DNA of 64,000 nt, taken from positions 32,736,001 to 32,800,000 of the forward strand of contig OX597818.1 of the NCBI GenBank assembly GCA_951406725.2, read 5' to 3'. The translations under genes and the position numbers were made by a program. The notes under the pieces were generated by a model. The model saw only the letters and a list, made by a program, of their open reading frames with translations. It had not been told where the DNA came from and did no database searches. How positions within the stretch are numbered: the first letter of the stretch is position 1; each line of letters starts with the position of its first letter. Source of the DNA: Octopus vulgaris (lineage: Eukaryota). Positions 1-12,142 of this stretch are shown here, in pieces.

Positions 1-39
1 TTTACTTCAGCAGAGATTACTCTATGCAGAAATCCTTCA

Positions 40-1115
40 TTTCCATGATGGTGGTCGATCCTTTTTATGTGAATTAAATAATGGCTACAAACCAGAAGTT
101 GTAAGGAAGCAGTTCACGGCCGTATGCAAAGAAATGGATTAAAAGATAACAGTAGACATAAATGTAGGATCTTTTCGGTTTGAACGGCAGTTTTTTCTAG
201 CGGTGTCATATGAAATTGTCACTCATAATTATGACTCTAGTACCGATCTATTGCATTTCAATCTGTTTTAGGGTTAGGGTTAGGGGTGGGGGGAAGGGTA
301 CCTTTTTTTCTTTAGAAATGTAAATAAACCCAATCTGTTTCTTAAACGAGGGACATATTCATACGGCACATAATGTTTTCACCCCAATAGATGTCATTGA
401 TTGGTTGAAATTGCAGAAATTGAAGAAAAAAAACAACAAATATCTTACACACTATAGAATTTTCTCAATAAAGCCAAGAGAAAAAGATGTTTTATAAACA
501 CATTCTACCAGTATACGAAGTTTAAAAGTGTTTAGTTACGTGGAAATTGTTTTAAAAAACTGCCGTTCAAACCGAAAAGATCCTAAATGTAAGTACAATT
601 AATTTCTTAAATATAAGTATAGATTTAGATACCGGTAAATACCACCCCTCAAGCGGACCCAACTGCAGCATATTAATAAAGATTCTAACAATCCTAAGTA
701 ATCCTTAGAAGCACACCCTTTCATGATGTTCATAATTACGATGATGCGTTAAAATACAGAGGCTTCAAAGTTAAAATGCATTATATACGGAGGAGTACTG
801 ATATATAAAAACACATACATAACCACATACATACAAAAGGGAAACGAAATGTTATATGATACAATCTTCCATGCACCTTCATTGTTTGTTCCAATGATGT
901 AAATTTTTTTCTAAACTTTACATATACGCAATTCTCTGAGTTTCTTATTCATCATAATTACTTAATTAGAGATGGCGTCAAGATGGACTACAATTGAACT
1001 AGAATCTTCGCTGCTTCCACAGCCGATACACAACGGAGATAAACCTTTTAGTATTAACATGCAAATCTACAAGATGTAATTGCAACAATCCTCACATTCC
1101 TGAGAACTGCACGTA
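40..1115 (+). pseudogene. Decayed Penelope-like element (Neptune-type) reverse transcriptase C-terminal region, interrupted by a MITE at 167-583
   Basis: Manual translation across frameshifts, with the MITE removed: FHDGG (cf. YRDDG)...LKITVDINVSTINFLNISIDLDTGKYHP...HINKDSNNP...YDDALKYRGF...KRNVI*YNLP...RCNCNNPHIPENC. This follows the PLE order ITxxxNxxxVNFLDVTLDL..GxYxPY, YINxxSNHP, RNIIWFNPP, CNC linker. Confidence 0.75.
167..583. mobile_element. Non-autonomous DNA transposon (MITE), GG termini, 8-bp TSD (Merlin-like)
   Basis: ~30-bp TIRs GGATCTTTTCGGTTTGAACGGCAGTTTTTT / AAAAAACTGCCGTTCAAACCGAAAAGATCC; TSD TAAATGTA at 159-166 and 584-591; internal (TTAGGG)3 at 268-285. Confidence 0.9.
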
Positions 1116-1175
1116 TGATTCCGAAGTATTAATTTTTCGAACTAAAAACGTAATGAAACAAAGGCTACATTTACA

Positions 1176-1567
1176 TTACTCTTTTACTTGTTTCAGTCAT
1201 TTGACAGTGGCCTTGCTGGAGCACCGTCTTTAGTCGAGCAAATCGACCCCAGGACTTATTCTTTGTAAGCCTACTACTTATTCTATCTTTTGCCGTACCG
1301 TTAGGTTATGGGGACGTAGACACACCATCATCGGTTGTCAAGCGATGTTGGGGGGACAAACACAGACACGCAAACATATACACATATATATATTCATATA
1401 TACGAAGGGCTTCTTTCAGTTTCCGTCTACCAAATCCACTCACAAGGCTTTGGTCGGCCCGAGGCTATAGTAGAAGACACTTGCCCAAGGTACCACACCA
1501 TGGGGCTGAACCCGGAAGCATGTGGTGGGTAAGCAAGCTACTTACCACACAGCCACTCCTACGCCTA
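1176..1567 (-). mobile_element. tRNA-derived SINE family A (CORE-like CCTTGGGCAAGTG, internal TA/TG microsatellite, AAAAGAGT tail)
   Basis: Near-identical to about 17 other copies in the window; tRNA-like head GGCGYAGGAGTGGCTGTGTGGTAAG...CCGGGTTCAG. Confidence 0.9.
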
Positions 1568-1847
1568 TACCTATGAGTAAAAAACCTTTGCAAAGAAATT
1601 TAGGCAACATATGTATACATTGAGGCATTCAAAGAGATGCCTCACCTTCTCAAAATTCAAACATATCTGATGTTTAAAACATGATAATATTCACAGTTAT
1701 AAATTTGTGTGTTTCTTTATAGAACAAGCTTCTCCAATGCAATAATGGCTCCAGAAATTGTGATTTTTGATTCGGCAATGTATAATATCCTATTACTCTT
1801 GTACTCTTTCGCCCCAACTTTCTCTCACTGTTTCTTCCTGTTTCTTG

Positions 1848-1965
1848 GGTAACGCTGCGATGGACTGGCGTCCTGTCCAGCTGGGGGAAACACATACACC
1901 ACAGAAACCAGGAAACCGGGCCCATGAGCCTGACTAGGCTTGAAAAGGGCGCATAAATAAAAAAT
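1848..1965 (+). mobile_element. SINE family D 3' fragment
   Basis: GCTGCGATGGACTGGCGTCC...AAAAGGGCGC matches 22911-23169. Confidence 0.8.
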
Positions 1966-2312
1966 AAATTAATAAATACTTCATCAGAAATAGCTACCTT
2001 CCTGAGTGTTGTGCATTTTATACATATGATATTATATGTATATGATACATATAATATGAATGTAAATACATAATATCTTTAAAAGTATAATCATTAAACA
2101 GAGGAATATGTGACACCTTATTTAACTGTGGAAACAATTGGATTACAACAATTACTTATATTTCGATTGGTTTCGAAATATTTTTCATTGTATATTGTCA
2201 AGCTGCTTCTTTACTTAAATATTTTGAATTACAGACGTGTAGGGGCCCAGAGTTAAGTCTAAAAAACGTACATACATACATACATACATACATACATACA
2301 TACATACATACA

Positions 2313-2346
<34 letters not shown>

Positions 2347-3198
2347 CATATATACATACATACAGACAGACATATATACATGAGCACACACACATATGCG
2401 TCTAAATGTACAAGTTTGAGTATGCGCTTGTGTGTGATTGTGTATGTTTGTATATATCTATATGAGCATTTATGTATGCGTATATATGAGCATGTTTATT
2501 CGTATTCCTACCATGTGCACACGCACACACGTGAACACACACGCACATATATACGCACAAAGATATATGTATAATCCCTGTTTAATAAAATTAAAGTAAA
2601 GAAGGATAGAAAGAAAGAAAAGGAAACGTGAGCTAAAAAATAAATGATACTATCGAGCCAAATAAAACACCTGGAAACCATTTTGAAATTGTTTAAAATG
2701 TATAACGCTGGGAAGAAATGAAAAGTAAAAACGAAAAATACTTATAATAAGGAAAATATGGCATGTTCTGAACATAAACCTTAAATCGTGTTTAGGAACA
2801 ACTTTTGGCTGCAGTAAATTAATAATGGAAAGGATGTATATTTGTAAACAGGAGGACGATGTTTAGCTGAATGAAAAGAAAGCAGAGTGTTATTAGATGA
2901 TTTTCTTTTTTAAATAAGAAAAAAATATGAAGCTTTAAAACGGAAACAAAAGCAGAAATATGCGTACAGACATTTGCAAATACACGAAGTTAGGATGGAG
3001 AGGAGAATTATGTTAGAAGGTACTAACTAACCCAAGGTGTCGTGCGCTGATATCGTACTTAAAACCACGTAATTGTGAACTTCCGGAATATATGCAATTT
3101 CTAGAACCTTCTAGAACCTTCTAGAAATTGCAACTAAATTCTTTTATGCACATGCAAATTTGAATTCGTGGGAATGTAGAAACTTGAAAGATACGCAA

Positions 3199-3434
3199 CT
3201 CTCTTTTACTCTCTTACTTGTTTCAGTCATTTGACTGTGGCCATGCTGGATCACCGCCTTTTGTCGAGCAAATCGACCCCGGGACTTATTCTTTGGAAGC
3301 CTAGTATTTATTCTATCGGTCTCTTTCTCTGAACCGCTAAGTTACGGGGACGTAAACACACAAGCATCGGTTGTCAAGCGATGTTGGGGTGACAAACACA
3401 GACACAAAAACATATACACACACATACATACATA

Positions 3435-3496
<62 letters not shown>

Positions 3497-4064
3497 CATA
3501 ATAAATAGGGTAATAATAAATTATTATTACCAGTAGCCTAGCACAAAAAACGAATTAGTCATTAGACTATATATTATTCATATAGAAATACAATAAGAGA
3601 CTTCCAAATAGGAAAGCGTTGTGCTAGAGAGAGCAGTAGAAATCTCAAAAACTACAAAAAGGATAAATTCTCGAAAGGAATGAAAATTAAAAACGTTTAC
3701 CATCTCAACTATTTCCTAGACCATGGTTTCTAACTATTTCCAGCAAAAAAAAATATTAAACGTTTTTAATTTTCTTTCCTTTCGAGAATTTATCCTTTTT
3801 TTTGTGGTTTTTGAGATTTCTACTGCTCTCTCTAGCACAACGCTTTCCTATTTGAAAGTCTCTTATGTATATATATATATATATATATATACATTTATAC
3901 GACGGGCTTCTTTTAGTTTCCGTCTACCAAATCCGCTCACAAGGCCTTGGTCGGCCCGAGGCTATAGTAGAAGACACTTGCCCAAGGTGCCACGCAGCGG
4001 GACTGAACCCGGAACCATGTGGTTGGTAAGCAAGCTACTTATCACACAGCCACTCCTACGCCTA
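3199..4064 (-). mobile_element. SINE family A, split in its internal microsatellite by a fold-back insertion
   Basis: 3' half at 3199-3420, 5' half at 3895-4064. Confidence 0.9.
3500..3866. repeat. Fold-back insertion (arms 3593-3699 / 3757-3866) in (TA)n
   Basis: ATAAGAGACTTCCAAATAGG...AAACGTTTA is the reverse complement of TAAACGTTTT...GTCTCTTAT with few mismatches; (TA)n on both sides. Confidence 0.9.
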
Positions 4065-4409
4065 ATAATACGTAAAATAATAATGTTTTTAAAAAATTTT
4101 TCAACGGTGTCACTCCAAGTAGATAAACCTATAAAAAGGAATTTTAAAATATTGGGTTTACAAAATGATTTCATTTTCGTATATGCATTTATATGTTTTT
4201 ATGTGCTAACGTTTTCAAGAAATGCATATTGTGATATTGTTGAACACTTGGAATCTAATGGAACAAGTTGATGTTAAAAATTGTGATGGTGATGAGAATC
4301 AGTGGTAGAAAGAACAATTGGGTGAAGGATGGGGCGCAGAAGGGAGAGGAGAAAGGAGAGGAGGAAGGTGAGTAGAATAGAAGTCTTGCAAAAACTCATT
4401 TCGATTATC

Positions 4410-4910
4410 ATGTTGATGATGATGATGATGATGATGATGATAATGGCGTCGACGATGACGACGACGACGATGATGATGACGATGAATGTTAAAGGTTTAT
4501 AAATATCTTTAGAAAACAATCCAGATTTCCAATATCCTGACATTATCCTACAAGAAAGCCACCACCACCATCATCATCATCATCATCATCCTCTTTCTTC
4601 TACTCCTTATCTTCCCCTTCCTTCCACTCCTCCCCTCCTCTTCGTCTTCGTCTTCGTCATCTTTGTCATCATCATCATCACCTCCATTGTCACCACCACT
4701 TCCATCATCAACCTCATCATAATCATCATAATCATCATCATCATCATCATCATCTTCGTCGTGATTTTCGTCGCCATTGTCATGAGCGTCATTTACCATC
4801 ACTATCACCATAATCATCATCGTCGTCACCACCACCACCACCACCACAACCACCATCATCATCATCATCATCGCCGCCGCTATCACTATCACTATAGTCA
4901 ACGTCAACAT
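4410..4910. repeat. Compound trinucleotide low-complexity tract (GAT/GAC/CAT/CAC)
   Basis: Direct inspection. Confidence 0.9.
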
Positions 4911-6088
4911 TATCCTCACCTTTATCCTCTTTTAATATTTAATACATTTATTTTTTGTTTCTTTCTCAATAAATGAAATCGCCTCAAGATTGTATTAATT
5001 TTTTTCTAAATGGTTTGCAGTAAATTTAGAAGCTCCTGTTTTTCTTGGCTGCATTGCTGTCACTAATACCGTTACTATTGCTGCAATTGTTGTTGTTGTT
5101 GTTGCTCTTGCTCTTGTTGCGCTTCTTCTATTGCTGTTGTTCATGTTGGTCTCTTTCTCTGTTGCATTTGTTACTACTGTCGCTGTTTCGCTACGTTTCT
5201 CTTACTAGTGCTGTCGAATTTCTTTAGATTTCTTCGTTGCTTGTTGTAGCAATGATTTTTTTTTTTTTTATTTCAATGATTTGGTGTTGTTGTTAATGAT
5301 TTGGGTGATGCTGTTGTAGATGATAAATATGCTGCAATTTAAAAAAAAAAACAAAAGAAAAACACAGAACTATTAATATTCTAGTTGTTGTTGTCGTTCA
5401 TTTTTGCATTTCAGAATTATCTATTGTGTTTATTTCTATATTATATAAACACATTTACGTACATGCGCATTATGCTTTTTTAAAGTAGGTATAAACTAAC
5501 AAATAAATAAACACACACATATATATACATATGTACATCGTGTATACATGTATGTGTATATGTCTGTGTATATGTGTTAAAAATGTATGTATGTACATAT
5601 ATGCCTTTTTATATGTTTTCTATTATCATATTGAGTTTATGCGGGTTGACATTGTCTTGTACAGATCTAGCGCAATGTTGCTGTTTCCAACCAGATGTTT
5701 ATTCTCACTGGTAAAGTTGGAATATATTCGGAAGCAAATGATAATAAATAATGAAATACTGCAATAACTAACTAAGTGGCAGATTCGTTAGTGCGTCGAG
5801 AATGTTAGGAGGAATTGCAACCGTGTTTTGTGACCTGCTACCACAACAGCTCCTTTATAGGATCCAGTTAGCTCAAGACATCATCAGGAGGAACCACGTC
5901 CGGTTTCGGCCCCTACTCCTCTACCGTTTTGACGTGGCGCCCCAACCTCCTTTCGAGGGTGTCTTCAGCTCTCGTGTTGAGTGCATGTCTTCTTTCTTCG
6001 TCTTTCTTCTGTTCCCTGGCCTCTTCGATGTAGCGTCAACGAGTGTCAGCCGGTGACTGACTGACTTGTCAAAGTTTCCCTTTAAATA

Positions 6089-6316
6089 CCTATTTCTTTA
6101 CTACCCACAAGGGGCTAAACACAGAGAGGACAAACAAGGACAGACAAACGGATTAAGTCGATTATATCGACCCCAGTGCGTAACTGGTACTTATTTAATC
6201 GACCCTGAAAGGATGAAAGGCAAAGTCGACCTCGGTGGAATTTGAACTCAGAACGTAGCGGCAGACGAAACACCGCTAAGCATTTCGTCCGGCGTGCTAA
6301 CGTTTCTGCCAGCTCG
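6089..6316 (-). mobile_element. SINE family B (GGCGGCGAGCTGGCAG head; GCCTTTCATCCTTTCGGGGTCGAT core)
   Basis: Matches the other family B copies; TAAATACCT duplicated on both sides. Confidence 0.9.
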
Positions 6317-6722
6317 GTACCTAAATACCTGCCGCTAGGTTCCAGCAGGCATCCCCAGCTACTTGCTTTGAGTCTTTCCTTTCCAAGTTCAAATCCCGTA
6401 GAACTCGAATCTGCCTTTCATCCCTTGAGAAGCATTACGATAAAGTACCAGGGTGAGATGGTAACGATTAAAACTCCGAAAATTGTTGGTTTTGTTCCTA
6501 AATCAGAAAACATTATTATCATTATTCACTATTGTTATTATTCCGTGATTTATGTATCTCATAGTGCATCTTTCTGTTTGTTGTGCAAGTCTTGGGATTT
6601 TGGTTAAACTATATCCATGATCTGATCATTCCTAAAATACTCGTAAAAAAATATCTTTGTGCATACAGCCCTTTCCCTACCGCATTCTCCGACACTTTCT
6701 CCATTTCCGGATCTTTTTATAT

Positions 6723-6925
6723 TTACTCTTTTACTCTTTTACTTGTTTCAGTCATTTGACTGTGGCCATGCTGGAACACCGCCTTTAGTCGAGCAAATCG
6801 ACCCCAGGACTTATTCTTTGTAAGCCTAGTACTTATTCTATCGGTCTATTTTGCCGAATCGCTAAGTTACAGGGACGTAAACACACCAGCATTGGTTGTC
6901 AAGCGATGTTGGGGGGAGAAACACA

Positions 6926-6956
<31 letters not shown>

Positions 6957-7141
6957 TACACACATATATTTATATACATATACATATATATACGACGGGC
7001 TTCTTTCAGTTTCCGTCTACCAAATCCCCCCATAAGGCTTTGGTCGGTCCGAAGCTATAGTAGAAGACACTTGCCCAAGGTACCACGCAGTGGGACTGAA
7101 CCCGGAAGCATGTGGTTGGGAGGCAAGCCACTCCTGCGCCT
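6723..7141 (-). mobile_element. SINE family A
   Basis: Near full-length match to the family. Confidence 0.9.
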
Positions 7142-7824
7142 AGGAGTCCTTTCTTTCAGGTGATCCTTAATATCTAGTTAATTAACTTCGAACACCTTAC
7201 GTGTACGGACATAATTCAGAGTATAGTTGCTATGATATTTTCTTCTACCGTTTTCTAGTGAGTACCTACATCACCTCTTTCTAGTTAGTATTTCATAATG
7301 TTAACATACCTTTCAGCGTACGTATGTACCGACTCTTTGATCCCTGTAGAGATACATACTTTCCTACTAAGAATGAGCAAACTAGCGACAGTGGGGATGA
7401 TTGTTTCTTTCTCAAATCTATATACTCTGAAAGTTACTCATATTAATAAGATAAGTAAAAATTGGTTCATAAATTTTTTGAATGAAGAAACATATATATA
7501 TTCATATTTTAGAAAAGGCATGAAAGAATTCTGTTACCTCTTCAGCGACACATTCCGTCTTCGTGTGAGGCGGAACGCGAAAGAATTATTTTTAAAAATT
7601 GAAATATGTTTATAAAATTTTATTAAAAGACACCTAATCTCGCGGAACCAGTATTGTTTTTTTCTAGAAACGTGGGACTCTTCCGAACCCATTTTGGAAA
7701 GGAAGCGGATGTACCGTCATGAAGAAAATGATTCCCAACATATATTTACTCGACCCACGCTGAACCGAGTCCAACAACTTAACTACTGGGCCACGCGCCT
7801 CCAATATATATGAGTGGGCATGTA

Positions 7825-8118
7825 TTTGACTGCGGCCATGCTGGAGCACCGCCTTTAGTCGAACAAATTGACCCTAGGACTTATTCTTTGTGAGCCTAGT
7901 ACTTATTCTATCGGTTTCTTTTGCGGAACCGCTAACTTACGGGGACGTAAACACACCATCAACGATTGTCAAGCGATGGTGGTAGGACAAACACAGACAC
8001 ACACACATATACATACGACGGGTTTCTTTCAGTATCCGTTTGCGAAATCCATTCACAAGGCTCTGATCGGCACGAGGCTATGGTAGGGCGCCACACAGTG
8101 GGAGTGAACTTGGAACCT
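7825..8118 (-). mobile_element. SINE family A, partial
   Basis: Match to the family with deletions. Confidence 0.85.
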
Positions 8119-8334
8119 GGAGTAGATATAACAGGGGACAACTGATGAAAGGATTTCTCTTTATGTTGCCTGTCTCGTTTCTCTATTTGTTTCTTTCGTT
8201 GTTCGAAAAAAAGTACGTTCTCCATGTTTTTGTTTTTTATGTTCTCGTTTTTCCTTTTGTTCGCGTTTTCTTTGACGTCCTGTACCCATATAAGCATGTA
8301 TATATACATATATATGTAGGTATGTACATATATG

Positions 8335-8810
8335 TATATATAAGAATTTTTTTGCGTAATGAGATAAAAAAAACCCAAGGCTGTGTAGATATTAGAACAT
8401 TTAAAGATAGAAGGTCTTACAGCTGTTTCTAGGATATTCATTAATTATATCCCTTCATCGGAGACGGTGTGAGAGGATGGTTAAGTCATAGTTAGTTTAG
8501 ATGTGATACAAAATAGAGAGTGAGGTGGCGGAAAGAAAATAGATGCAAGATATGTAGGGATATTGAAGTTCTAGATCCATTTTTTAGACAGAATGGTATA
8601 TATGTAAGACTCCAATACCTTATGAGTAAAGTCCAAAAGTCCAACAGAGCTTAAAGTGGGTCCTTCCAAATATAGAGTTTTATCCTTCCGATGAAGGGAT
8701 ATAATTAATGAATATCCTGGAAAAAGCTGTAAAACATTCTATCTATAAATGCTCTAATATCTACACAGCCTTAGTTTTTTTTATTTCATTACGCAAAAAA
8801 TTCTTATATA
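8335..8810 (-). mobile_element. 5'-truncated Penelope-like insertion with inverted terminal repeat (arms 8335-8462 / 8687-8810)
   Basis: ~125-bp imperfect inverted arms ending in TATA; minus-strand spacer translates, with a frameshift, to LES.HIYHS...NGSRTSISLHIL, like a GIY-YIG C-terminal tail; hammerhead-like fold in the arm. Confidence 0.7.
8414..8465 (-). ncRNA. Minimal type-I hammerhead-ribozyme-like motif (U4C core)
   Basis: GUCU CCGAUGA AGGGAUA...UAUCCU A GAAA CAGCUG UA AGAC: stem I GUCU/AGAC, stem II, palindromic stem III ACAGCUGU, GUA site. Confidence 0.6.
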
Positions 8811-9670
8811 CACACACGCTGACATAGAACCAACGTTGAACCCCTTATTCGCAAAATTACCGAACCTGGAACTTAACTATGGTCTGTCTATAGCATTTAT
8901 TCAGCATTATCTGACACATTTGGATATCAATGACACCATTATCTCTTATAACTTCAATATATTTATATCATTTATATTACACACACACACACACAAAGTG
9001 TATATAACTTGATGTGCTGCAAAGTTATCAACGTATGTTTTGGCCATTTCGATTCGTACAGAAAATTGGAAGAACATATTTTTCTCTTTTTTTTTCATTA
9101 AATTTTATTCTTAGTTAGCCAGGAAATAAATAGATAGCTTCCAACAGATGTTGACTTAATTAGAGCCTTTGCACGTCTAGGATTAACCAATGGGTTTAAG
9201 GGGCTAATCCTTAATATGCATCGTAGTTTCTTATCATTACAACAACACCCATGACATCTCCGGCTGTTTGCTTAATCTCGAAGCTCTCCTTTATTTCTCG
9301 CCATCTTCTACACATTTCCAACTGCCCCATTTCTGTCAGCGTCTCTCTGTCGTCACGACGATGACGACCAGCTGGGAGCGGTGGCGAAGACCGTGACGAC
9401 CACGATGACGACGACGACGACGACGACCACGACCACGAAGACCACGACGATCACCCCCCATCACCCTGCCACCAATTGCAAAATCAAAAACAGATCACCA
9501 TCACCAAGCACAACTGCTTATACGAACAATTGAATCAACACCATTAGCATTATCACCACCATCAACAACACCACTACCTCTACTGTCAACACTACTACCA
9601 CTACTGCCAACGTCACTAACACCACCACCACCACCACCACTACAATATTCAAATAAACCAAACGTCAGCC

Positions 9671-10434
9671 AATTTTCATACCGTTTCTGAGATCAAATTC
9701 CGCCTTTCATCCTTTCAGGGTCGATAAATTAAGAACCAGTTGCGTACTGAGGTTGATTGGCCCCCTCACTCTAAATCTCCGGCCTTGTTCCTACAGTAGA
9801 AAAGAATATTCGCACCGTTTCTGAGTTCAAATTTCGCCGATGTCGACTTTGCCTTTCATCCTTTCGGGGTCGATAAATTAAGTACCAGTTGCGTACTGGG
9901 GTCGATCTAATCGACTGACCTCTCCCCAAAATTTCGGGCCTTGTGCCTAGAGTAGAAAAGAATATTCACACCGCTTCTGAGTTCAATTTCCGCCGATGTC
10001 GAACTTTGCCTTTCATCCTTTCGGGGTCGATATATTAAGTACCAGTTGCATACTGGGGTCGATCTAATCGACTGACCTCTCCCCCAAAATTTCGGGTCTT
10101 GTGCCTAGAATAAAAATGAATATTCACACCGCTTCTGAGTTCAAATTCCGCCGAGGTCGACTTTGCCTTTCATCCTCTCGCAGTCGATAAATTTAGAACC
10201 AGTTGCGTTCTGGGGTCGATCTAATCGATTGACCTCTCTCCCACAATGTCGGGCCTTGTGCCAAGAATAAAAAAGAATATTCACACTGCTTCTGAGTTCA
10301 AATTCCGCCGATGTCAACTTTGCCTTTCATCCTTTCGGGGCCGAAAAATTTAGAACCAGTTGCGTACTGGGGTCGACTGGCCCCCTCCCCTTGTGCCTAG
10401 AGTAGAAAAAAAAAGGGAATATTCACATCGCTTC
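9671..10434 (+). repeat. Tandem array of five 5'-truncated SINE family B units (134-158 bp)
   Basis: AATATTCACACCGCTTC-like junction motif at 9671, 9805, 9961, 10119, 10276 and 10418. Confidence 0.9.
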
Positions 10435-10594
10435 ATCACCGTCGACAGTCATTTACTCATTTCTTGGGCTTATTTTGATACGTTTTGTTAATTTTTGCTC
10501 AGCCGCCATTGATAGCGAAGTTCTCATCAACGGAATTCCCTTCATCTTCTGCTTCATCCTTGCTTCTTCGCCTCCAACAACGCCACTCCTTTAT

Positions 10595-10756
10595 CATCAT
10601 CGTCATAACTATCGTTGTCGTTGTCATTATCTTCTTCTTCTTCTTCTTCTTCTTCTTCTTCTTCTTCTTCTTCTTCTTCTTCTTCTTCTTCTTTTTCTTC
10701 TTCTTCTTCTTTTTCTTTTTCTTCTTCTTCTTCTTCTTCTTCTTCTTCTTCTTCTT

Positions 10757-10801
<45 letters not shown>

Positions 10802-11202
10802 GTACTGCTACTTCTCCTCCTCCCCTCCTCCTCCTCCACTACCAACTTCTTTTTTGTTCTTTCTTTGTTTCGTTCTTTCTTTCTTTCTGTCTTTTTCTTT
10901 TCTTTCTCTTTTCTTCATCGTCATCGTCATCTTCCCCATCGCCGTCATCATCATCATCATCATCATCATAATCATCATCTCCATCCTTCTCGTTTTCGTT
11001 TAACCTCACTCCTCCTCCTCGTCCGTCACCTTCCTCTTTCCTATCATCATCATCATCATTATCATCATCATCATCATCATCATCATCACCACCATCATTA
11101 ACACCATCTGCATCATCATTGCCATCATCAATATCATCGTCATTATGGTTGCTATCTGCCCCAACATCATCATCACTACCATACATCACCACCACCACCA
11201 CC

Positions 11203-11257
<55 letters not shown>

Positions 11258-11548
11258 CCACCAACAACAACAACACCAACAACAACAACACCACCACCAC
11301 CACCACCTCCTCCACCACCACTACAACCACCACCATTTCCTCTTCATCTTCACGACGACGACCTTATTAAACCCTCACCGCCACCATCATCGTCCTCAAC
11401 CTGCTTCTATTCCTCCTCGTCCTCTTTCTACTCATCATCATCATCATCCTCGTCATCATCATCATCATCATCATCATTATCATCGTCGTCGACGTCATCA
11501 TCATCGTCATCATTAATGGCGTCGTCATCATCATTATCATCGTCGTCG

Positions 11549-11586
<38 letters not shown>

Positions 11587-11620
11587 GTCGTCGTCGTCGT
11601 TGTCGTCGTCGTCGTCTTTT
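10595..11620. repeat. Compound microsatellite (CTT, CTA, CAT, CAC, CAA, CGT)
   Basis: Direct inspection. Confidence 0.95.
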
Positions 11621-12071
11621 GTCGCCAAGAACATCTCAATCATTTTCTCCTTCTTTGTAGCAGACCCCTTCCCCATCATTCTGCTTTTCCTTCCCTCTGC
11701 TTCTCCTTCTTCTTTTTCCCGCCCAACCCCATACGAACACCCACTTCTCTTACCACTCCTTACCTTTTCTTTTTGTCTTTTACGTTAACCTCGTGAAATT
11801 GCTATCAATCATTTGCCAGACATGCGACCATTTCTATAATTCATTAATCAACTGGTTGTTATGAAACACTTTTAGCCACCACCCAGGCATGAAAGACAAG
11901 GATGTAGGAATAGGGGGGGTAGCCACAGCAGCAGATGGTGGCGATGGCAGTAATACGGGAACGGGGTCAGGGCCGCAAGAGAAACAACAGTAGATATAGA
12001 TCAAGAAATTCGACGGGGTTGTGGCCGTGTTTGTAGCATAATTATTTTCGCCCTTGTGGCAAATACATGAA

Positions 12072-12140
<69 letters not shown>

Positions 12141-12142
12141 AA

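Noticed and set aside
268-285. Telomere or chromosome-fusion site
   Set aside because: Only three TTAGGG units, and they are internal to a TIR element
3723-4271. Recurring peptides RRHLPKVPRSGTEPGTMWLVSKLLT and MRNWYLIYRPRKDERQSRPRR in many ORFs
   Set aside because: Antisense translations of SINE families A and B, not a gene family
10475-11788. Long ORFs with poly-L/S/H/Q/D tracts (also 4274-4976, 13856-14465, 46156-46570, 51457-52149, 60841-61233)
   Set aside because: Stop-free translations of microsatellites in several frames at once; no domain content
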